This document shows, piece after piece, positions 1 to 13,664 of a stretch of DNA of 64,000 bases (the first letter of the stretch is position 1; each line of letters begins with the position of its first letter). The translations under genes and the position numbers were made by a program. Under the pieces are notes generated by a model. It saw only the letters and a program-made list of their open reading frames with translations, was not told where the DNA came from and did not search any database. This DNA comes from Leucoraja erinacea (Eukaryota), in NCBI RefSeq assembly GCF_028641065.1, contig NC_073390.1, positions 12,462,001-12,526,000 of the forward strand, written 5' to 3'.

Positions 1-351
1 TGTTTGTGGGCCAAACGTTTTGATCCTCATATATTTGTTCCTCTGTGTAGCACCAGCAATGTCAAATATTAATCACACAGTTATTGACTTCACCACTGTG
101 TGTTCTGCTTTCTCCAGGCACTTCACTTGTGCAGGAACATTAAAGTAGGCTATGTTGTTTTCTCCTCCTATGCTGCTACTATTGCATGGCAGAGTTTCAT
201 TGTTCTACTGCAGATGTTGCACCTACAACATGCACTTGTATGGTGAATGCGTACAACACTACATTCTACGCATCAGTTGCTGTTGGCAGTTGATTTTATT
301 TTACAATTTAATCAGGGACAGCAAAAAACTGACAACAACCCAACTAAGTCT

Positions 352-525
352 TTGGACACAAAAATCTCATCGGGTCAGACAGCATTTTCAGCATCAGACT
401 AAAGAAGGGTCTCGGCCCAAAATGTCACCTATTCCTTTTCTCCAGAGATACTGTCTGCCCACTGAGTTACTCTAGCTTTTTGTGTCTATCTTTGGTTTAA
501 ACCAGTATCTACAGTTCCTTCCTAT
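352..525. repeat. Penelope-terminus-derived partial fold-back element, decayed hammerhead motif
   Basis: gacacaaaaa...cgggtcagacagcat arm followed by ctaaagaagggtctcggcccaaaatgtc and the common tail. Confidence 0.65.
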
Positions 526-2250
526 ACTTAATTATTAGACATCTGAGTTTCCGATTATTTCCTTTCCCTCTTTCTGAAATCTTACATGTAAGGAAGAAAC
601 TTCCAATGCTTCAACAACAGAGGGAATGAAAACATAAATGTGCTTATCCCTTCAAATAATTATTACCACAATATAATATTTCAACAGCTACTTAATGAAA
701 ATTGATTCAATTAGTCAAATAGGGATTTTTTTTCAGTAGAAAATTTAAATATTAATATTTTGACTTTTATATTTTAGCAGTTTAATGGTCTCAGTCAGGG
801 TACGACATAATCTTTACAGATTGTTTCACGTTTTGAGAAACTAAAGTTTGGCGGTGTTTGTTTTAATTCTTCTCAGTCTGGATAATCACACTTCAGACTG
901 AACTAAACTTCCCACAGGCAAAGCAACACTTATCATGATTCACACAGATGGGAACAGACTGGCAATGACAGGAATAAATGCATGGTGCATGCCAATAACT
1001 CCAGGTAAATTAATGTCATATTTATGTTTTATTGTACCAAGTGGAAAGGTAGGCTATTCTCAGACGGAACCTCTTCAGAAGATTTGTGTTGGGTTCACTG
1101 CTGTGCTTTGAAGGGTGGTTATGATTGATTCTCCCGTCGCATCATGTACAACCTAAAGCACCAGACAGCTTTAGTGTCTGTTGTTAAACGACTCAACTCA
1201 CAGCAGGCATTATTTGTGTCAGACTCGCCTTCAAAGATGCCAGGTCAGCTGATGTCAGCTGCTCCAACCCCACTGGCTCTCTTCACAGTTCATCTTGATC
1301 TGGTCCCCATTTCTTCAGCCTCTTTGCACATCTTTCTTCGCACTTACCCATTCTGTTCTTTCAAACCTGCCATCTGCACCATTGTCTTCCATCTCCCTGG
1401 ATCACCAGACTGGTGTGATCAAAACTAATCACTGCGTTGGGAACAAAACACCAGGATGATGTTGGAAGCCGGGTTACTGTTGGATACTGTGTGCAGCTTT
1501 CAAGATGGACATTATAAGACTTGCTCAGCTGAGGGAGGCAGTCAAGAGAGAGGAAGGCCGCATAAAACAAAATGGTTCTGCTGCCACATGCGACTGAAGG
1601 GTTGGTGAACTTTTGTAACTTTCTCGGCGCCAAAACATGACGACACTTGTGCACTGGCGAGGTGAGGCCTGCTACATGATTTTATTGGATTGTATGCGAA
1701 CCGAAGCATTTGACTGCACCGACTGGAGGTACATGTGACAATGAAATAATAATAATATTAATTATAATAATAATAATAATAAACTTTATTAGGACTCGAG
1801 GTCCAGACAAGGGGCAACATTACATTTAAAAAAAAATACATTGCATATTAAAAAATATCATAAAGTATATATAAAATCTTAGTATATCACTTATAAAAGC
1901 ATCATAAATGATATAAAAAAACAAAATACATGAGTTAAAAATCCAGATTAAAAGAATGATCAATGTCCTACAACGAGACAACGATACCAGTGTCTCCACA
2001 GCTGGGATTCGTGGCGTGTAGTGCTAACCCTTATGTTTGACAAGGCCACACTAATGGAGTTATCATTGAATCATTGAATCATAGGAATAGGTGGAGTTTG
2101 ATTCACTGCATTGCTGCTGGTAATTTGAAAACAGCAATATAGTGCAACCAGCAAGGAGGAGAATGGGACTGTTGGGATAAATCTGGCAATGAGAGAAATA
2201 TTGTACTATTATTAGATTGATTACAAGATAAACACATTTCTATTAAACTC

Positions 2251-2850
2251 AAAGTGTAGAAGTTGGGAGGTCATGTTGCAGTTGTATCAGACGTTGGTGA
2301 GGCCACATTTAGAGTATTGTGTTCAGTTCTGGGCATCGTGTTATAGGAAATATGTTGGCAAGCTGGAAAATGTACAGATAAGATTTACGGGAATGTTGCC
2401 AAGACTAGAGGATGTGAACGATTGGGAAAGGTTGAGTAGGCTGGGACTCTATTCCTTGGAGCGCAGGAGGATGAGGATCGATCTTATAGAGGTATGTATA
2501 TAAGATCATGAGCGGAAAAGATCGGGGAGATGCACAGAGTAGGTGAATCGAGGACCAGAGGACATAGCTTTAAGGAAAAGCAGAAAAGATTTAATAGGAA
2601 TCTGAGGGATAACTTTTTCACACAAAGGGTGGTGGGTGTATGGAACAAGCTGCCAGAGGAGGTAGTTGAGGCAGGGACCATCCCAACATTTAAGAAACTG
2701 TTGGCCAGGTATATGGATAGGATAGTTTTGGAGGGATGTGGATGAAATGCGGGCAGGTAGGACTAGTGCAGCTGGGATTTGTTGGCCAATGTGGGCGTTG
2801 GGCCAAATTGCCTGTTTCCACACTATATCAATCTATGACTCTATGACTCT
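2251..2850 (+). mobile_element. CR1 LINE 3' fragment
   Basis: LYQTLVRPHLEYCVQFW, RTRGH and FFTQRVV motifs; (ctatga)n tail. Confidence 0.9.
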
Positions 2851-3339
2851 AAACATCTTCTGTACTAGACCCACTGTTGGCAACATCTCAGGGGGCAGTT
2901 AAATGTAGAGCACGTCAGAGCATTGACATCAAAGTAATTATGTAAGGTGAGAACAACCCTTTGTCACACTAATCACAAAAGGAAATATTAATAGGAAATG
3001 GGCATGGACTGCAGTGTGGATGATCAACAATGAAGGATTACAAACATTCAAAGCCACTCCCTCCCAAATAGAGACTGGGGGGAAAGGAAGGATAGCACAG
3101 ACCAGTGACAGATACTGAATTTCAGTAACAAATTCACAACTGCCATGTTAGGTATACAGTTGTGGAGGCTCTTATGTTTACACCACCTCTCCTGCTCTTC
3201 ATGCATTGCAGAGTTTGATTGCTGTAGATTGTGGATGGCTGAGCCTTCAGCTTCCTTGGTCCTAAGGTTTTGGAGTCTATTACCTGATGCCTCCTTCCTC
3301 CCACTCCTCCTTTAAATATCTATCTATACAGTCTAGTTT

Positions 3340-3455
3340 GATCTAAACAGAAACGTTGCCTATTTCCTTCGCTCCATAGATGCTGCCGCACCTGCTGAGT
3401 TTCTGCAGCACTTTTGTCTACCTTCCATTTTCCGGCATCTGCAGTTCCTTCTTGA
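3340..3455 (+). repeat. Penelope terminal tail fragment
   Basis: gaaacgttgcctatttccttcgctccatagatgctg, the same tail as 58401-58470 (reverse complement). Confidence 0.7.
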
Positions 3456-3601
3456 GTAATTATGTGCAACCAAGTAACATTGGTCATTTAATGTTTGGTC
3501 ATTTAATGTCTTTATATTATCATTTTTAACCATATTTTGGTGGTGGAAATAGCCTTTTTTGTCAATAAATGCCTTTTTCAAGCCTTTTTTGTAATTTTAT
3601 T

Positions 3602-6000
3602 ATGAATGAATGAATCTCTTTATTGTCATTGCACATGGTACAACGAAATTTAAAAGTCAATCCCACGGTGCGATTCACAAGAGCAATTTTAAATATATAA
3701 GAAAAGGTAAAAATATATACATATTAAAAAAAAATTACAGATAAATAACAATAGCAGCTGAGGTAGAACCATTCAGTTGAATGTGAGTGTTATTTCTTAT
3801 TTTGCATTGTTAAGTTCACGTATGGCTATGGGGTAGAAGCTGTCTCTGAGTCTGTTTGCGCGAGTTTTGAAAGACCTGTACCGTCTGCCAGAGGGCAGCA
3901 GGTGGAACAGGTTGTGTCCAGGGTGGGAAGGGTCCTTCAGGATGTTGGCTGCCCTGCCAAGGCAGCGAGAGCTGACGATGTCCTTCAGGGAAGGCAGTGG
4001 GCAGCCAGTGATTTTTTGTGCGGTGTTGATGACCCTTTGAAGGGCTCTCCTGTCCGCTGCAGAGCAGCTGGCATACCATGTGGTTATACAGTACACCAGC
4101 ACACTCTCGATGGAGCAGCGGTAGAAGGACACCAGCAGCTTCTCCTCCAGGTTGTTTTTCCTGAGGATCCTCAGAAAGTAGAGTTGCTGCTGGGCCTTCT
4201 TGACTGCTGTGGTGGTGTTTGTAGTCCAGGAGAGATTCTCCGTAATTTGTGTGCCCAGGAATCTGAAGCCTGAGACCCTTTCCACAAAGTCCCCATTGAT
4301 GAATAGAGGTTTGAGGGCTGCACTGTTCTTACAGAAGTCTATGATAATTTCCTTTGTTTTTGTGGTGTTTAGGATGAGGTTGTTGTCTGAACACCACGCT
4401 GCCAGTCTTTGGACTTCCTCCCTGTAGGCTGTCTCATCTCCTCCTGAGATGCGTCCAACCACAGTCGTGTCGTCCGCAAACTTGACGATGGTGTTGGTGG
4501 AGTGGGCAGGGACACAATCGTGGGTGTAGAGGGCGTAGAGGAGGGGGCTCAACACACAGCCCTGTGGGGAGCAGGTGCTGAGTGTGATGGGGGTGGAGAG
4601 GTGATGGCCCAGTCTGACGGTCTGGTGGCGGTTAGACAGAAAGTCCTTGATCCAGAGGCAGATGGGTTGGGAGAGTCCTAAATCCATGAGTTTGGTGACC
4701 AGTCTGCTGGGGATGATGGTATTGAAGGCGGAGCTAAAGTAAATGAAAAGCATCCTCACATAGCTCCCCTGGTGTTCGAGGTGGGTCAGTGCAGTGTGAA
4801 GAGCAGTGGCGATGGCATCCTCATTGGGCCTATTTGCTCTGTAGGCAAACTGGTGTGGATCGAAGGTGGGCGGGAGGCTGGGTTTGATGTGCTGCTGGAC
4901 CAGCCTCTCGAAACACTTCATGATGACTGGCGTGTGAGAGCGACCGGTCGGTAGTCGTTAAGGCCGCTGATAACAGGCGTTTTTGGTAGTGGGATGATTG
5001 TGGCAGACTTCAGGCACGGTGGGATGATGGATTTGGACAGGGACAGGTTGAAGATTTTCGTGAAGACCTCGGAGAGCTGGTCTGCACATTCCTTCAGAAC
5101 CCTTCCTGTCACGTCATCCGGGCCGGCAGCCTTCCTCGGGTTCACCGCCCTGAGCACCCGCCTCACTTCATGCTCCTGCACAGTGAGGGTGTAGTTGTTG
5201 TTGTTAGGGGCTGGTGGGAGAATGGTGACGAACTCTTCTGGTTCTGCCTCGAAGCGAGCAAAGAAGCAGTTCAGCTCCTCTGCCAGTGAGGCGTCGCTGT
5301 CGGCCGTCGTGCTGTTGCTGGGCTTGTAGTTGGTGATGTGCTGGATGCCCTGCCACACCCGCCGTGGATCGTTGTTGTTAAAGTGGTCCTCTATCTTCCT
5401 CTTGTGGTCCGCTTTGGCATCCCTGATGCCTTTCTTCAGGTTGGCTCTAGCAGCGCTGTACAGGGCTCTGTCGCCAGACCTGAAGGTGGTGTTGCGGTCC
5501 TTGAGGAGAGTTTGGACCTCTTTTGTCATCCACGGCTTCTGGTTGGGGTACACCCGGATGAGTTTGTCGACGGTGACGTTGTCAACACAGTTCTGGATGT
5601 AAAAGAGTACCGTGGATGTGCACTCCTCCAAGTCCTGATTTCCAAAAATGTCCCAGTTTGTCCATTCAAGGCAGTCCTGTAGCTGTGAGGAAGCTCCTTC
5701 AGGCCAAGTTTTAACAGTCCTGGTGGTGGGTTGAGCTTTTCTCCTGAGGGGCGTGTATGCTGGTGCTAAGTGAATGGATAGGTGATCTGACTGGCCTAAG
5801 TGTGGTAGTGGTGTGGCTCTAAACCCCTTCTTGATGTTTGAGTAGGCCTTATCTAATGTATTTTCTCCCCTGGTTGCACATTTGATGTGTTGTTCAAACT
5901 TGGGGAGAACTGATTTTAAGTCTGCGTGATTGAAATCACCAGCTATGATATGGGCTGCTTTGGGGTAGGTGTTCTCTTGTTTGCTGATAGTGCTATGGAG
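3602..6000 (-). mobile_element. Rex1/Babar-clade LINE, 5'-truncated, largely intact ORF2 (end of APE + RT) with a frame break near 4921
   Basis: AGDFNH and GQSDHL (APE); [34 protein letters not shown] and KFADD (RT); (attc)n tail at ~3602. Confidence 0.92.
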
Positions 6001-6284
6001 GTATGTCTTTTTGCCTGCCTACTTCAGAGTTTTTTAGTGCCTAAACATCCTGGCTCTACTCATCACTGGTTCACGTGTGTTGGTGAGTGTCTTCTGGCCC
6101 TTTGCTGTCAGATAGCATCCATGACAGTAGGAGTAGATTTAAAGCTGCTGTTCCTGATGTGAGTACGTCTGAAAATTAACACAGGGGGAACCACCTCAGC
6201 TGGGAAACTAACAGAAAATCTTAAATTTATTCAAACAAATTTCAAGCTACCCGTTTCTCAAGTGTATAAAAATATCAAGGACAT

Positions 6285-6588
6285 GGGGGGCAGCACGGTG
6301 GCGCAGCGCTAGAATTGCTACATTACATCGGCAGAGATCCGGGTTCGATCCTGACTACGGGTGCTGACTGTACGGAGTTTATACATCTCCCCCGTGACTG
6401 CGTGGATTTTCTGAGTGTTCCGGTTTCTTCCCACACTCCAAAAACGTACAGGTTTGTACGTTAATTGGCTTCTGTAAATTGTCCCTGATATGTAGGACAG
6501 CGCTGGTGGATGGAGTGATCCTGGCCGGCATGCACTTGGTGGGCTGAAGGGCCTGTTTCCACGCTATATCCCACAGTAAAGTGAACTT
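6285..6588 (+). mobile_element. tRNA-derived V-SINE (HE1-like)
   Basis: A/B boxes (ggtggcgcagcg...gggttcgatcc), V-domain ggtttcttcccacactcca, CR1-like tail. Confidence 0.85.
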
Positions 6589-6649
6589 AAGACATCAAAT
6601 CACCAGCTTCAAGTTATGAAGAGCAGAGGTAGGAAAATAATACGATACT

Positions 6650-7188
6650 GTTGCTGCAGGTGAGATGATGATCCACCTCCTTGTGGACTGCGTGATGAGC
6701 AAACAGATCCGGAAAAGGATGCAACGGTTGCTAGCAGGGTTCACCTCAAGCAGCTGCATAACAGGAGACAGTGTGGTCTACAGATTGTTCCCAAGGATGC
6801 AGAATCCATCAAGCATCAACTGTTGCTACAATATCATCAACTCACTTTGGTCTTCTCGAAACATATTGGTCTGCTGTGTGGAGATATCTATAAGTGAGTT
6901 CTGCCAACTGGCATATTCCAAGATGCAGGAGCACATGTGCTTGATGCACTGGAGCTTGGTGCAGCCACCACAAAGGCTTTGTGGGCGAAGAATTGCAGTC
7001 TAGGTTCCTGCCACCATTGAACATCTGAGTCCTACAGTAGCAGCCTCTCAAACATCTTTATGGGTGTCTTATTAAGGAGGAAGCATGTGGTGTGGAGAAT
7101 GTATTGATCTGATGGCAAAATGAATGTAGAGAAGAAAATATTCATTTTTTTTAATATAAATTATTATTATAATAGATAAAGAAAAAAG
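6650..7188 (+). mobile_element. Decayed L1/Tx1-like LINE 3' end
   Basis: HLLVDC zinc-knuckle remnant, INSLWSSRNILV, A-rich tail. Confidence 0.6.
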
Positions 7189-7204
7189 TACCTTAAAAGC
7201 TGCT

Positions 7205-7500
7205 GGAAGCTAAAGTGAGTTTTCAGCCAGATCCGGGGTCTTGATTTTCAAACATCCAATTCCTCAGAAGGACAAAGGTTGTGCTGAAGCACTGAGAGAA
7301 ATAATGGGTTGCATTGCTGATGTCTGCATTCATGAGAGCTGGCTCCTGAATATGCATTTGCAGGGACCTATGGATCCTTATTGTTGCAGATACTGTGGGA
7401 ACAGGTAGTTCGAAGACCTTCGTCTTGTGGATGTTGAATGGAAGGTTCATTCCCTCATAAACTTCAGTGAAAGGGCCAACAGCGACTAAAGTAGACCGCG
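7205..7500 (-). mobile_element. Old RTE (BovB-like) LINE fragment
   Basis: NIHKTKV...ADISN...QC.STTF..LRNW.FENQD resembles the RTE post-RT region. Confidence 0.55.
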
Positions 7501-7849
7501 GCAATCTGAGAAATTAACTCTTAAATACTGTATATTACCCATTCACAAAACAGAATGAAATGTCACATGCACACAGCTTCCTACTTGTAATTATGCCATA
7601 ATTGTTACGTTACTCCTTGTGTGCTAATTGGAGAAATATCTAAACCCGATTAAATTAAAAATCAAATTACAGTCTTGCCCCCCTTAGATCACAAAGTGGC
7701 TCATTTTCCCACGTTTCACATTTTATGAAGAAGAACTGAAATTGTATAATGTCTTTCATTCCCACAGAATTGCCTGAGGCATGTCATGGCCAATTAATTA
7801 CATTTTAAGTGTGTGGTCACCTATTAAGTAGAAAATTCAAAGGTAGTGA

Positions 7850-8010
7850 ATGTATGTGCAATAAGGACCCACATGCAGCAATGCAGTTAATCTTAGTTAA
7901 TGGATGAATATTGTTCAGTTCACCAGGAGGTCCCTCTGCTTCTCTATTCACCAATGTGCCAGGAATTCTTACATCCAGCTGATCAGGCAGATGAGAATGT
8001 CTTCGGGTAG
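7850..8010 (-). mobile_element. Ancient Deu-domain SINE relic
   Basis: Minus strand gaagcagagggacctcctggtg...aatattcatcc...cattgctgcatgtggg resembles the Deu domain. Confidence 0.5.
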
Positions 8011-8417
8011 AAATCAATTATTTAATAAGTAGAAAGCAGGCACAGTGAAGACAAATTTCAGAGATTGTAAAACTGCATCGAAGAATACCAGAAATCAGAT
8101 GAATTTAATATATCTGCTTTTGTTTCTTCCACCCAGCCTGCAGCATACTTAGTGTTGAGATTTTGCCTGCTAATGTTGCTGAGGCTGGCTGCATTTTTAG
8201 CAGATTGATATAATCCAAATGAACGCTCTTCCAATTTAGTTACTTGGTCAGAGATTTCAGATAGCTGGATTGCTACAGTCAGATGACATTTTCTGAGTGC
8301 TCTACCAGACACATCACATGAAATATATATTTTTGGTTATAATGGTGTTAAATAAATTGAATCATGAGGAAAGTCCTCAGTCCTCTCACATCCTTAATAT
8401 GGCCCATTGTAGCACTG

Positions 8418-9790
8418 TAGAAACAGAAAAACATAGAAAAAAGGTACATTCAGCCCTTTGAGCCAATACTGCCATTCAGTATGATCATGGCTGATTATCC
8501 AAAATCAGTATTCCGTTCCAGCTTTCCCCCTTATCCCTTGATTCCCTTAGCCCTAAGAGCTAAATCTAACCCTCTCTTAAAAGCATCCAGTGAATTGGCC
8601 TCCACTGCCTTCTGTGGCAGAGAATTCCACAGACTCACAACTCTCTGGGTGAAAATGTTTTTCCTCATCTCAGTCCTAAATGGCCTACCTCTCATTCTTA
8701 AACTGGGACCTCTGGTTCTAGAAACCCTGAACATCGGGAACATTTTTCCTGCATCTACCCTGTCCAATCCTCTAAGAATTTTATAGGTTTCTATAAGATC
8801 CCCACTCACCCTCCTATGTTCCAGCGAATACGTGCCCAGTCGACCCATTCTTCCATCATATGTCAGTCCCGCTATCCCAGAAATTAACCTGGTGAACCTA
8901 CGCTGCACTCCCTCAATAACAATAATGTCCTTCCTCAAATTAGGAGACCAAAACACAATACCCCAGGTGCGGTCTCACCAGGACCCTGTACAACTGCAGC
9001 AGGACCTCCCTGCTCTTAAACTCAAATCCTCTCGCAATGAAGACCAACATGCCATTGGCTTTCTTCACTGCCTGCTGTACCTCAATAGTCAATAGTCTAT
9101 TTAATTGTCATTTGGACCCCTGGAGGTCCAAATGAAATGCCGTTTCTGCAGCCATACATTACACACAAATAGACCCCAGACACAACATAATTACATTTTA
9201 CATAAACATCCATCACATAGCTGTGATGGAAGGCCAAAAAAACTTATGTCTCCACTGCACTCTCCCCCCCCCCCCCCCCCGATGTCAGAGTCAAAGTCAA
9301 AGCCCCCGGCTGGCGATGGCGATTGTCCCGCGGCCATTAAAGCCACGCCGGGTGGTGCGACGTCGCACACCGGGTCTTGCTGTTAGAGCCCCCGGCGTGC
9401 GCTCGCAGAGTCCCGCGGCCATTCCAAGCCGCGCGGGGCAGTGGTGTTAGGCCCCGCTCCAGGAGCTCTTCAACCCCGCAACTCGGGCGGGAGAAGTTGC
9501 TTACCTGCAAGGGGTTACCTGCATGCTTACTTTCAGTGACTGGTGTACAAGCACACCCAGGTCTTATTGCACCTCCCCTTCTCCTAATCTGACACCATTC
9601 AGATAATAATCTACCTTCCTGTTCTTGCCACCAAAGTGAATAACCTCACATTTATCCACATTATACTGCATCTGCCATGCTTCTGCCCACTCACCCAACC
9701 TATCCAAGTCACGGTCCAGCCTCATAGCATCCTCTTTGCAGCTCACACTGCCACCCAGCTTTGTGTTATCGGTAAACTTAGAGATGTTCA
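8418..9790 (-). mobile_element. CR1 LINE fragment interrupted by insertion 9083-9515
   Basis: KFTDNTKL, WQMQYNVDKC, RTRG and FTQRVV; the CR1 sequence resumes across the insert at tacct|gcatgc. Confidence 0.9.
9083..9515 (-). mobile_element. Young GC-rich retroposon 3' end nested in CR1
   Basis: tacct duplicated at 9078-9082 and 9516-9520; (gactatt)n-type tail; 10-bp stem at 9109-9134; CpG-rich. Confidence 0.7.
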
Positions 9791-10299
9791 CTGTGATTGT
9801 GTCACTGGGCTGGTATTCCAGATAATTGCTTTAACAATCTAGAGATATGTGTTCAAACCTCACCACAGCAGCTGAAACATTTTAAAAAAGCTCATCAATT
9901 AAATAGCCTCTGTGTTGTTCATCTGGTCGACTTCAGAAAATCCAGTCTAACCACAATCTCTCACTTTCTGCCATACATCTCTCACTAAGATAAACACTGC
10001 ACTATTAGTAATATGTCCCTCAGTCCAGTCTGAATATCTTACTATTATGAGTCTCAAAGTCCTCAAATCATAACAGGTTATAAGTATAATGTATTCTCTG
10101 TTAGCAATACAGCTTCAGTCGCAAGGGGTTATCATACTAATCGCTGCATTGATCCACTTTCAGCTTGGAATAATTATCTGCATGTCCACATTATCATCAT
10201 CATTAAAACAATCTTGTATTTTCTGCTATTGCTTATGACAGATGTTTGAAACAAGCTATCTACTTTATGAACAACTGCATGTAAATTGTTGGAGGTTAG

Positions 10300-11330
10300 A
10301 TATCGGATCATCTTTGCTCTTCGAACTGGAGGCCTGTGCCTAGTGGTATGCCTTAGGGTTCGGTGCTGGGCTGTTTGTCATCTATATCAATGATTTGGAT
10401 GAGAATGTACAAGACATGATTAGCAAGTTTGCAGAAGACACTAAAGTGAGTGGTATTGCAGATAGTAAAGATGGTTGTCAAAAATTGCAGCCGGATCTTG
10501 ATCGGATGGGCTGAGGAATGGTTGATGGAATTGAATAAAGAGAAGTGTGAGGTGTTGCATTTTGGGCAGTCTAACAAGGGCAGGATGTGCACAGTGCATG
10601 GCAGAGCTCTGGGGAGTGTTATAGAGCAGAGGGACCTAGGCGTACAGGTACATAGTTCCTTGAAAGAGGCATCAATGGTAGATAGGGTGGTCAAGAAGGT
10701 TTGCCGGAACATTGGCCTTCATCAGTCAGAGTGTGGGGTATAAAAGTTGGGAGGTAATGTTACAGTTGTACAAGACATTGGTGAGGCCACATGTTGAGTA
10801 TTAATTTTAGTTTTGGTCACCAATATTACAGGAAAAATTGTTCTCAAACTAGAAAGGGTACAGGGAAGATTTAAAAGGATGTTACCAGGACTTGAGGGCC
10901 TGAGCTACAGGGAGAGGTCAAGCAGGCTAGGATTTTATTCCTTGGAGCACATGAGAATGAGGGGTGATCTTATAGAGGTGTACAAGATCATGAGAATCAT
11001 AGATCGGGTAAATACACAGTCTTTAGCCCAGAGTGGGGGAATCAAGAACAAGAGGACATAGGTTTAAAGTTAAGGGGGAAAGATTTAATAGATTCCTGAG
11101 GGGTAACTTTTTTACACAAATGGTGGTAGGTATATGGAATGAGCTGCTGGAGGAGGTAGTTGAGGCAGCTACTATCATCATGTTTAAGAGCCATTTGGAC
11201 AAGTACATGGATAGTATAGGTTTAGAAGGTTATGGGCCAAGTGTGGGTAGGTGGGACCAGTGTAGATGGGGCATGGGCAAGATGGGCAGAAGGACCTGCT
11301 CCCATGCTGTATGACTCTATGACTATGACT
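10300..11330 (+). mobile_element. CR1 LINE 3' fragment
   Basis: SKFAEDTK, KCEVLHFG, RDLGV and RTRGH; (ctatga)n tail. Confidence 0.9.
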
Positions 11331-11774
11331 AATTGTAAGAGGAGATTAGAGAAATACAGAGATATGATAGAGTTCACTTTTGGCTTTACTGGCATCCAAG
11401 TATGTCACTGAATGCAGGAGTGATGATAAATATGATTAGGTCTAAGTTAGGTCATGGACGGCTGAATTTCGGATGATCCACCTTCCCGAAGGTGGATTAT
11501 GGGAAGCTGGCCAAGACTGGGTTATAATGGTAAGATCTAGGGAATTACAAAAGTCACTAGTGAGAGGTTTAGCAGGTAAAGTGAGGCTGCAGCAGACCCA
11601 GGCAACATTCCAAGGGGGAAGTGGGGCTATTGATTACTCTTCCCATGGCAGGCAGTTCATCTCCAATCGGAGGCAAGTGCCTGCTGCCTGACTACCATTC
11701 TGAGGCCCTAGGTAGCCGCATAATGCATGAAATATGAGCATTGTGTAAGCCAATTTAATTTCTCGAACTATTCT

Positions 11775-12166
11775 AGTGGAATTCTCTTCTGCAGAAGGCA
11801 GTGGAGGCCAATTCACTGGGTGTTTTCTAGAGAGTTAGATTTAGCTAGATGCAGGAAAATTGTTCCCGATGTTGGGGAAGTCCAGAACAAGGGGCCACAG
11901 TTTAAGGATAAGGGGGAAGTCTTTTAGGACTGAGGTGAGAAAAACATTTTTCACACAGAGAGTGGTGAATCTCTGGAATTCTCTGCCACAGAAGGCAGTT
12001 GAGGCCAGTTCATTGGCTATATTTAAGAGGGAGTTAGATGTGGCCCATGTGGCTAAAGGGATCAGGGGGTATGGAGAGAAGGCAGATACAGGATACTGAG
12101 TTGGATGGCGGTGCAGGCTCGAAGGGCCGAATGGCCTACTCCTGCACCTATTTTTCAATGTTTCTA
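11775..12166 (+). mobile_element. CR1 3' end(s)
   Basis: SRTRGHSLRIRG...FFTQRVVNLWNSLP. Confidence 0.85.
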
Positions 12167-12431
12167 TTGCAAATATTCAACAGATTTCTCCAACAACTTC
12201 AAAGGCATTTTGATGTATGGGAAAGAGGGAATATTTTAAACGTCACTAATCATTTCCCTGGCCTTCATCAGTCATGGGCTTGCTCAGACAACCCTTCTGA
12301 CTGCATATTCCATTTTCTTCCCTTGTCAAAATCATTTGTGGTGTCGCATTCATCTTTGTAACAAGCCTGTGCATTGCATTAGAAAGATGGATACGATTTG
12401 TATGGTAATGCAATAATGATGAATTAAAACT

Positions 12432-12665
12432 TTTTGCAAATTTGATATTGTAGGGTAAATTAATTGTGAACAATTATCTTTGTGTTTCTTCCATTTGATA
12501 ACGTGGGGCATTTCATCATATACTGTTGATGGTGTAAGTATTGAGATCAGTTTGCAATTTTGATATTATAGGGGAAATTAATTGTGAACAATTATCTTTG
12601 TGTTCTTTCCATTGGTGTTCTGAGATATCTCATCATGTAGATGGTGTAAATATTGACCTCAGTTT
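12432..12665. repeat. Diverged tandem duplication, ~119 bp unit x2
   Basis: aaattaattgtgaacaattatctttgtgtt and gatggtgtaa..attga...cagttt each occur twice. Confidence 0.75.
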
Positions 12666-13072
12666 ACTGACTAGATGTTATTGGGGCATGTCACAGACAA
12701 CTGCTAAGATTACAGCAACTCTGTGAACAGGCACAAACATGCTTCTTATTTTCGTGTGGGTCTAGGTGATAATGAATGTACTACAGAGTGAGATTAAGGA
12801 TAAACAGATAATCTAATGATCAATTTGATGGAGTCCATTAGATCTAATTATTTTTTTCTCATTTATTTTTATGGGGTGTAGGCTTTGCTGGCAACACTGG
12901 TAATTCTTGCCCTTGAGAAAAGTTACATTTTGTGTTTGCAGGCAGCGGTACATTTGTCTCTGTGCTTGGAGTTTTCTTTGGTTCTCTGGCAGCCATCATT
13001 ATTGATTCCCTCGTGCTTTTTCATCACTTTTTGCCTGGTTTAAAAGTTAGCATCGCTGATCTTACCTCTTGG

Positions 13073-13400
13073 GGAGTCACTGTGGCACAGCAAATGGAGT
13101 TGTTGTCTCACAACTCCAGACACCCAGGTTCAATCCTGACCTCCAGTGCTTTCTATGTGGAGTTTGGCCATTCTCCCTGTGACCAAGTGGGTTTCCTTTG
13201 GGTGCTCCAGTTTCCTCCCACATCACGAAAGCAAGAGAGTTAACAGATTAATTGGCCCAGTGTGTGTAGGTGAGTGAGAGAGTGGGAGGAATGTAGGAGA
13301 ATAAAAAGGGGTTGCGTACTTGAAACTTGCCATTTGCTTATTCTGGCTAGACTAATGGGCGTTGTCTGTGTTATATGGGCCTATGACTCTGTGACACTCT
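13073..13400 (+). mobile_element. Old V-SINE copy
   Basis: caggttcaatcctgacc...gggtgctccagtttcctcccaca. Confidence 0.7.
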
Positions 13401-13664
13401 GGTGTGAAATGGCATTGCTCAGACCCAGAAGTGCTGTTTCCATTTGAGTGAACATAAAATAGCACATTAAAATATAAGACGATCAATAATAAGTGAAGAC
13501 ATGAGGAACTGCAGATGCTGGTTCACAAAAAATGTGCAAGATTAACTGAGTGGGTCAGGCAGCATTTCTGGGGAACATGCATGGGTGACATTTCTCAGTT
13601 TAAAAGGGATTTCAACCATGCTGAAAATCTGGAAATCACAATACCTTAATATGATTTAAGTGAA

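Noticed and set aside
6285-6365. tRNA gene
   Set aside because: A/B boxes belong to SINE heads that continue into the V-domain and tail; no complete cloverleaf.
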